From assembly GCA_958296135.2 (NCBI GenBank), contig CATQHZ020000001.1, positions 2,784,001-2,848,000 on the forward strand: a stretch of 64,000 bases of DNA, given 5' to 3'. Below, one piece after another: positions 57,936 through 64,000 of this stretch. The position numbers and the translations under genes are program-made. How positions within the stretch are numbered: position 1 is the stretch's first letter; the number at the start of each line of letters is the position of its first letter. Source of the stretch: an uncultured Poribacteria bacterium. Its GTDB lineage: Bacteria; Poribacteria; WGA-4E; WGA-3G. Below the pieces are notes generated by a model. The model saw only the letters and a list, made by a program, of their open reading frames with translations. It was not told the origin of the DNA and did not search any database.

Positions 57936-58084
57936 CGTCAGACCTCCTTCGCTTTTCCCTCACGGGTTGTGAGAAACATGCGCGAACCGTGAGCGATTGC
58001 ATTAAAATTTACCATAAATTCGCTTTGGATGTCAAACATTTTTTTATTATTAAGAGGGTTTCCGACGAAAACTGCCTTTTTACC

Positions 58085-58250
58085 GTAGCGCGGGGGCCCG
58101 GCGATCACGAATCGCCGAGGGTTCCCCCCGCGATCTTTCAACCGGCACGAAAAACGTCCGCAGCCCAAAAGCCGCGAACGTTTTTGAGAGGATCGTGGCA
58201 TGGCGAGGGAAACCCTCGGCGATTCGCGATCGCCGGGCCCTCGCCCTACG
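58085..58250. repeat. Inverted pair of ~48 bp repeats (gcgagggaaaccctcggcgattcgcgatcgccgggccctcgccctac); single copies near 26871, 44725, 55356, 62448
   Basis: REPIN-like doublet; repeated across the window. Confidence 0.85.
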
Positions 58251-58367
58251 TTTCGTGGACGCGGTTTGGATAGCCACGAAATAAAAAGCACAAAGAAGTG
58301 TTTTGTCACGATAAGAATCCCTCATCCTGAAAATCTTGCTAATCTTGTGAATCCTGCCTCAGACAGT

Positions 58368-58396
58368 TTGACAAAATATGAGATTGCCTATAGAAT
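58368..58396 (+). promoter_or_regulatory. Sigma70 promoter TTGACA-17-TAGAAT
   Basis: Near-consensus upstream of the GH32 gene. Confidence 0.75.
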
Positions 58397-58429
58397 GTAA
58401 TGCATATTAGTCCAAAAAGGAAACGACAC

Positions 58430-59776
58430 ATGATTCAAACTGCTTACAAGGAAGCGTATCGTCCGCAATTCCACTTCACGCCGAAAACGAATTGGACGAA
58501 CGATCCGAACGGCTTAATCCACTATAAAGGCGAGTTCCATCTCTTCTTTCAACATAACCCCTTTGGCATCGATTGGGGAAATATGACGTGGGGGCACGCT
58601 GTCAGCCCAGATCTGGTGCATTGGAAGCAGCTGCCGCACGCTCTTCATCCCGATGAACTCGGCACGATTTTCTCTGGTTCCGGTGTTGTGGACTGGAACA
58701 ATACAGGGGGATTCCAGACCGGCGACGAGGCGGTGCTGGTGAATTTCTATACCTCTGCTGGGAACCACGCCCCCGAACCGGTGCCGTTTACGCAAAGCAT
58801 CGCCTATAGCAACGACCGGGGTAGAAGCTGGACGAAATATGAGGGAAATCCTGTGATTGCGCACATCGTCGGGAGCAACCGCGACCCGAAGGTGATTTGG
58901 CATGAAACGACGCAAAAGTGGGTGATGGCACTCTATCTCGACAAGAACGACTACGCGCTGTTCGGTTCAACGAACCTTAAAGAGTGGACGCGGCTCTCCG
59001 ATTTACAGATTCCGGATACGGAATGCCCGGACATCTTTGAACTCCCCGTTGACGGTGACTCGGAGAATACCCGATGGGTTTTCTGGGGAGCAGCTGGAAA
59101 GTATTACGTCGGCGATTTCGATGGCACAACTTTTACGCCGGAAGGCGACGCACATCGCGCAGACTACGGTGCCAATTTCTACGCCGCGCAAACGTGGAGT
59201 GACGTGCCTGATTCCGATGGCCGCCGTCTCCAGATCGCATGGATGAGCGGCAGTAAGCCGCCGGATATGCCCTTTAATCAGCAGATGAGTTTCCCGTGCG
59301 AGTTGACGCTGCGCAAGACAGCGGATGGCATCCGCTTGCATCGGGAACCAGTCGCCGAGATTGAGACTCTCCATGCTTACACGCACGCTTGGAGCAATAT
59401 TGCGATGAAACCGGGGGAAGACCGGCTCGCGGGTTTAACAGGAGAACTGTTTGATCTCCGCGCCGAGGTGGCGTTAAACGATGCTTCCGCTGTCGGTTTC
59501 AAAATTCGCGGCGAAGATGTCCGTTACGATGTTGCTGAGAAGCAGCTCACCTTCCTTGAGCGAAGTGGCCCACTCGCGCCGCAGGATGGGAAGATTCGGC
59601 TGCACATTCTCCTCGATCGCATCTCCATAGAGGCGTTCGGCAACAACGGCGAACTCTCGATGACTTCGTATTTCCTCCCAGAATTGGATAACGCGGACAT
59701 CGGCATTTACGCGGAGGGCGGCACGGCGACGCTCGTTTCGCTGAAGGTGCATGAGTTGAAGTCGGCATGGGTATAA
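58430..59776 (+). CDS. Glycoside hydrolase family 32 (levanase/fructosidase-like)
   Basis: WTNDPNG, WGHAVS.DL, FSGS, RDPKV, ECPD. Confidence 0.93.
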   Translation: MIQTAYKEAYRPQFHFTPKTNWTNDPNGLIHYKGEFHLFFQHNPFGIDWGNMTWGHAVSPDLVHWKQLPHALHPDELGTIFSGSGVVDWNNTGGFQTGDEAVLVNFYTSAGNHAPEPVPFTQSIAYSNDRGRSWTKYEGNPVIAHIVGSNRDPKVIWHETTQKWVMALYLDKNDYALFGSTNLKEWTRLSDLQIPDTECPDIFELPVDGDSENTRWVFWGAAGKYYVGDFDGTTFTPEGDAHRADYGANFYAAQTWSDVPDSDGRRLQIAWMSGSKPPDMPFNQQMSFPCELTLRKTADGIRLHREPVAEIETLHAYTHAWSNIAMKPGEDRLAGLTGELFDLRAEVALNDASAVGFKIRGEDVRYDVAEKQLTFLERSGPLAPQDGKIRLHILLDRISIEAFGNNGELSMTSYFLPELDNADIGIYAEGGTATLVSLKVHELKSAWV

Positions 59777-59873
59777 TACCCAATTAACCTATGTAGTTTG
59801 CGCTCGCCTCAAGCTCGGGTGCTCTTTACCTATAGGTGTGAGAAGAATCAAGTACATTTGGTATAAGAGCACG

Positions 59874-60284
59874 CTAGGTATAGAGCGTCGCTATCAAATT
59901 TCGTCTGCCGCCCCGATTGCGGAATTCGCACAGATAGATGCCTTGCCACACGCCCAAATCTAGGCGATGGTTGGCAATTGGAACGGACACGGCGAATCCG
60001 ACAAGCGCCGCTTTGATGTGCGCGGGCATATCGTCATCGCCTTCTATCGTGTGCCGATAAAAGGGTTCGCGCTCCTTAACGAGCCGGTCAAAACTATTGG
60101 CGAAGTCTTCCCGCACCGTCGGATCGGCGTTTTCGTTGATGGTGAGCCCTGCCGACGTATGCTTGATAAACAGGTGTAAGATGCCATTTTTCGGCAGTTC
60201 ACCGAGGGATGTCAGGATTTCATCGGTGATGAGATGAAACCCGCGCGGGTATTCGCGTAGGGTGAGCTCAATGTGTTGAATCAT
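59874..60284 (-). CDS. yjbQ: YjbQ/UPF0047 family protein
   Basis: HTSAGLTINENADP, EGDDDMPAHIK, LGVWQGIYLCE. Confidence 0.92.
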   Translation of the reverse strand: MIQHIELTLREYPRGFHLITDEILTSLGELPKNGILHLFIKHTSAGLTINENADPTVREDFANSFDRLVKEREPFYRHTIEGDDDMPAHIKAALVGFAVSVPIANHRLDLGVWQGIYLCEFRNRGGRRNLIATLYT

Positions 60285-60322
60285 CAGGGCAGTCTGCTCC
60301 AAACAAGAAGAGGTTTGTATCA

Positions 60323-61117
60323 ATGGACATTATTTGTGCTTCTATTTGCTACCGAGGCTACGCCGAAGATGAGGTAGCCGCAACGTTGGCATACGCGCCG
60401 AAAATCGGTTACCGTCTCATGGAAATTCACGGGCCCCTCATCTGGAGTGTCGATGCTGCACACGCGTTTGAAACGGCCAGTATGAAAGCAAAAATTGACG
60501 CATCCGGCATGCGATGCGCTGGGCTCTATCCCCCCGGATGGGGTGGACAGGACGATGCCGATGTCCAAGCCCGCGCCGAGGCAATCGCAAAATGTGTGGG
60601 CATCGCTGAAGAACTCAACGCGACGCACCTCACAACGAGCGGCGCGCAACGCCGGACAGAACCGGGGGCGTTAGCCCGTGTCATCGCCTGTGTGCAAGAA
60701 GTACTGGCTCGGATACCCGCCGAAAGTCCGATCAAATTGACGCTTGAACCGCACCACGGTAACGTCCTCCAACAGCCGGAGGATTTCCAACGTGTGCTAG
60801 ATGCGATTCCGGATGAGCGAGTCGGTATCTGTATTGATACCGGGCATTTTCACACGTCCAGCGTTGACACGCTTGCTGCAATTCGGCAATTCGCTTCGCG
60901 CATCTATGCGGTGCATCTGAAAGACCATCTGGGTGCCGTATCCGTCGGTATTGGGCGCGGTGAACTCAACCTGCGGCAGATTATCGGCACGCTACAAGAA
61001 GTGGGTTATCCGGGAGATCTGACGCTGGAATTGGAAGTGGCAGATCCGGAAAACTTGCCTCGCTATACAGAAGAGGCTTATTTCTATCTCAGCGGGATGT
61101 TGGGGTTGCAGCTATAG
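60323..61117 (+). CDS. Sugar phosphate isomerase/epimerase family protein
   Basis: LEPH, IDTGH, VHLKD, GYPGDLTLE. Confidence 0.88.
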   Translation: MDIICASICYRGYAEDEVAATLAYAPKIGYRLMEIHGPLIWSVDAAHAFETASMKAKIDASGMRCAGLYPPGWGGQDDADVQARAEAIAKCVGIAEELNATHLTTSGAQRRTEPGALARVIACVQEVLARIPAESPIKLTLEPHHGNVLQQPEDFQRVLDAIPDERVGICIDTGHFHTSSVDTLAAIRQFASRIYAVHLKDHLGAVSVGIGRGELNLRQIIGTLQEVGYPGDLTLELEVADPENLPRYTEEAYFYLSGMLGLQL

Positions 61118-61198
61118 TGTGCGCTGACATGAATCGCTCAGGGCGGATATAGAAATCCGCCCTGACAAAGCGGCGACATCCACTCTTACGCAGTGCTC

Positions 61199-62422
61199 CT
61201 ACACCTTCCAACTCTCAATGAAATCTGCGACACCATAATTTATCGGCATTTCATTAAAATAATAACGCATAGGCCCTGATTGGAAGCCGGGTGAAAAATG
61301 CTCCTCGTCGGTTTTGAGGCGTGCGTCTAGGGGCTGAAACCTTTTCCACAGCAGCGATGCCTCGTCGCGGGTGAACCATTCCTCGGCGAAAGCGGGGCCC
61401 CAATTGAGGGTGATGGCGTGCGAGCTCTTACCGCGGTTGCGGAAGTCATCGGGGATGTCCGCAATCTCACATCCGTGCGCGAGTGCGACGAAACAGGCGG
61501 CTTTGCATAAAAACACCGTTGACAGCAATGTCCCTTTTTCACCCCTGCTCGGATGCATGTTGTCCAGCGCGGTGTGGTAGGCATCGGCATCTTTGTCAAT
61601 GACGGCTCGGAGCGCGTTTTCTGTCCACACTTGCAGCTGCGAACTGCGTTCATCCCACCGATCGAACATTGCTTGCACTCCCGGTGCCAGACAATCGACG
61701 TAGTCAAATGCGGGATAGGACGTGAACTCTGAAAACCCGCCGTGAATCGTGCGGCGCATCTTCCGACTATAATTACTTCCCCAGTGCAAGACCGGCAAGA
61801 TGTAAACTACACCATCGCCTGCATTGAGATGCGTTTGGACACCACCGTGCAAAGGTGCCCGCGGATCTGCCAATAATTGCTGGTTTTCCGCCTCCGTGTT
61901 TACTCGCAGATGGCTGCCGGGGAGGACCCACAGTACATTGTCGTCGTAGAGCGAGAGATTCCACTGCACGTACCGAGGTCCCGCTTCCACAATGTCGTCA
62001 ATATAGCCTTGTAGTGGCGCGGTATCAATCGGATGATGGTCCCGGTGCCATGCGGCGGGCCCACGGTCGCGCACTGGATTGCACATGAGCATCATCTCGG
62101 TAACCCCGGCATCCTCTACACCGAGCAGTTCACTACTCACACCTTGCGTGTTTTCGTGCGCCCAAATTTCCACCGCGTTTGCTGTCTTTTCATCGACAAG
62201 CGAAGCGAGCGGTTCACGACTGAGGAGTAGGCGCGGTTGTGGCGAGTTCTCCCAAACGCCGCCTGGTGGTTCGTCCGGTGCGCGTTCTTTCGCCCAGATT
62301 TCTCGCTGCCGCGAAACGAGCAGTTCATAGCTTTCGCGAAGGGCGGCCAATTCTTCAGGCGGGACTACTTCCCGCAGCACCAGATACCCTTCTTCCAGAA
62401 ATTGGGTTCGATTGACGTGCAT
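61199..62422 (-). CDS. Phytanoyl-CoA dioxygenase (PhyH) family protein with C-terminal extension
   Basis: FLEEGYLV, WHRD, VLPGSH, LHWG. Confidence 0.8.
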   Translation of the reverse strand: MHVNRTQFLEEGYLVLREVVPPEELAALRESYELLVSRQREIWAKERAPDEPPGGVWENSPQPRLLLSREPLASLVDEKTANAVEIWAHENTQGVSSELLGVEDAGVTEMMLMCNPVRDRGPAAWHRDHHPIDTAPLQGYIDDIVEAGPRYVQWNLSLYDDNVLWVLPGSHLRVNTEAENQQLLADPRAPLHGGVQTHLNAGDGVVYILPVLHWGSNYSRKMRRTIHGGFSEFTSYPAFDYVDCLAPGVQAMFDRWDERSSQLQVWTENALRAVIDKDADAYHTALDNMHPSRGEKGTLLSTVFLCKAACFVALAHGCEIADIPDDFRNRGKSSHAITLNWGPAFAEEWFTRDEASLLWKRFQPLDARLKTDEEHFSPGFQSGPMRYYFNEMPINYGVADFIESWKV

Positions 62423-62512
62423 GATTGTTCTCCAATGCGCGCGGGTGGCGAGGGAAACCCTCGGCGATTCACGATCGCCGGGCCCTCGCGCTACGTTTCT
62501 GCTTGGTTCGTG

Positions 62513-63250
62513 TTACCCGCGTCCGATATAGAGCTGCCCTACCGGTAGCACCGTCGCCTCCAACATATTGATATTCGGGGGTAGCGTTGCCATGAGGACA
62601 GCGGCTTGCGCCAGATCAGCCACGTCCATCATCGGCTCAGTGGGTGGCTGGGGGCGGTTCTGGACGCGCTCCACGTATGTGTTGCCGGGTTGCAAGCAGC
62701 TCGCCGTGATGCCGTGGGGTCTGCCTTCCAGTGCTGTTACTTGCGTCAATCCCCAGATGCCGAATTTGCTGGCACTGTAAGGCGCGGTGCGCGGCCGAAC
62801 GCGGTGCGCGGAAATACTACCGACGTTGATAATCCGTCCGCCTTGTCCTTGCGCTTTCATAATCCGCATTGCTTCCCGCGTGCAGAGGAACGGTGCGCGG
62901 AGGTTTACCCCGATAACCCAGTCCCATGCCTCTGTTGAGAGTTCGTCGATAGGACCGCCATCAAACGCGCCAGCGTTGTTTACCATGATGTCCAGCTGGC
63001 CGTATTCCTCTGTCACTTTTTCAAAGAGAGCCTTAATCTGCGCCTCATCTGTCACATCGGTGGGAACAGCCAAGACGCGCGCGCCATTTGCACGTATTTC
63101 AGCGGCGGTTTGCTCTAACAACTCGGCGTTTCGCGCAGCGATGGTGAGGGATGCGCCTTCCGCGGCGAGCCCCTTGGCAATGCCTTTACCGATACCACGG
63201 TTGCCGCCTGTCACAATCGCAACTTTTCCATCTAATTGTCCCATCATCAA
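62513..63250 (-). CDS. SDR family oxidoreductase
   Basis: TGGNRGIG, NNAG, YSASK. Confidence 0.93.
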   Translation of the reverse strand: MMMGQLDGKVAIVTGGNRGIGKGIAKGLAAEGASLTIAARNAELLEQTAAEIRANGARVLAVPTDVTDEAQIKALFEKVTEEYGQLDIMVNNAGAFDGGPIDELSTEAWDWVIGVNLRAPFLCTREAMRIMKAQGQGGRIINVGSISAHRVRPRTAPYSASKFGIWGLTQVTALEGRPHGITASCLQPGNTYVERVQNRPQPPTEPMMDVADLAQAAVLMATLPPNINMLEATVLPVGQLYIGRG

Positions 63251-63406
63251 TTCTCCTTTTTCGTCTTTTGCAATGCGTCTGATAAGGGTTCCTGGTGCAA
63301 GAACGTCTTTCTCCGTTTATCCGATATCTCGGTTTTCGATGCGAAATGACGAGGGTGGCATGCGCGGTTGTTGCATGCTATCTTTATGAACTCGGTAGAG
63401 TTCTCA

Positions 63407-64000
63407 TCAGCGGACACCTGATGAAAACAGTTCTGTTAACAAACGTTCGGTTCTCACCGCCTGTATTTTGTCTCCAGCGAGCCGCATGGCGGAAATATGC
63501 GCGTGTAAAAACGCTACGTCTGCAGGTGTATCCACATCATACCACGGAGGTAGGAGGCCCATCGTTGCGCCCGTTGAACGCGCGCGCGCGACCGTCTGTT
63601 GAAAAACGGAGTCGGTGCTCCACGCGATCTCCTCAAAAACGAAAGGCACCGTGCTCGCGAGGTTCTCCGCAGAAAATCCGATGAGGTAATAGCCTCCGTC
63701 AACACTCGGCCCAAGCACAATATCCCGTGAGTCCAGCGTCGCAATTGCCTGAGAAACGGACGAAAGCGGCAGTGTCGGGCTGTCGGAACCGACGATTAAA
63801 ATCTTCGGATACCCTTGTTCGGCTGCCCACTGCGTTGCTGAGATGAGGCGTTCCCCGAGGTCATCGCCAACTTGCGGAATGTAGATAGCATCCTTTCCGA
63901 TTAACGCTTGTAAATCAGATAGACTTTCTGGTGGCGTATACGCGATAATCCGCGTCGCATTGGGCAGTGCGGCGAGCGTTTCGCACCAATCCATGAGGAA
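63407..64000 (-). CDS. DUF2064 / TIGR04282-like glycosyltransferase (5' end outside the window)
   Basis: Q.GDDLGERL, GSDSPTL, GPSVDGGYYLIG, WST, DVDT. Confidence 0.85.
   Translation of the reverse strand, partial: FLMDWCETLAALPNATRIIAYTPPESLSDLQALIGKDAIYIPQVGDDLGERLISATQWAAEQGYPKILIVGSDSPTLPLSSVSQAIATLDSRDIVLGPSVDGGYYLIGFSAENLASTVPFVFEEIAWSTDSVFQQTVARARSTGATMGLLPPWYDVDTPADVAFLHAHISAMRLAGDKIQAVRTERLLTELFSSGVR

Noticed and set aside
58313-58356. aatc(c/t)tg short tandem repeat
   Set aside because: Short, degenerate low-complexity repeat with no evident function
57938-58400. ORFs of 66-123 aa in this gap (and similar ones at 44590, 55090, 55242, 5180)
   Set aside because: They are translations of palindromic repeats with no protein features

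Overview
64 kb of bacterial chromosome, mostly minus-strand genes. The gene mix suggests a Poribacteria-like organism (inference, not verified): three PhyH-family dioxygenases, LamG proteins, a DUF6785-like membrane protein, many Gfo/Idh/MocA and sugar-isomerase genes, and dense GTAG-headed palindromic repeats. The window carries sugar catabolism and transport genes, envelope proteins and five DNA methyltransferase genes. These include a Dcm plus MORC/GHKL-nuclease pair, a type ISP-like enzyme frameshifted at a G8 tract, and an adenine MTase interrupted by an IS607-like tnpB-only element. The best candidate for a new system is an ECF sigma factor (46340-46924) followed by a gene fusing an uncharacterised Cys/His-containing domain to DUF4097. 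A second locus about 42 kb away (3365-5151) encodes the same two modules as separate genes, and both loci share the upstream motif TACTATCCTTTTT-N8/9-TG(A/T)CTCTA, a likely ECF promoter. Also notable: palindromic repeats inserted in-frame into at least five proteins, a cydA'-'cydB deletion-fusion relic, and a beta/gamma-crystallin fusion protein. No rRNA, tRNA or CRISPR array was seen. All family calls come from motif recognition by eye; no searches were run.
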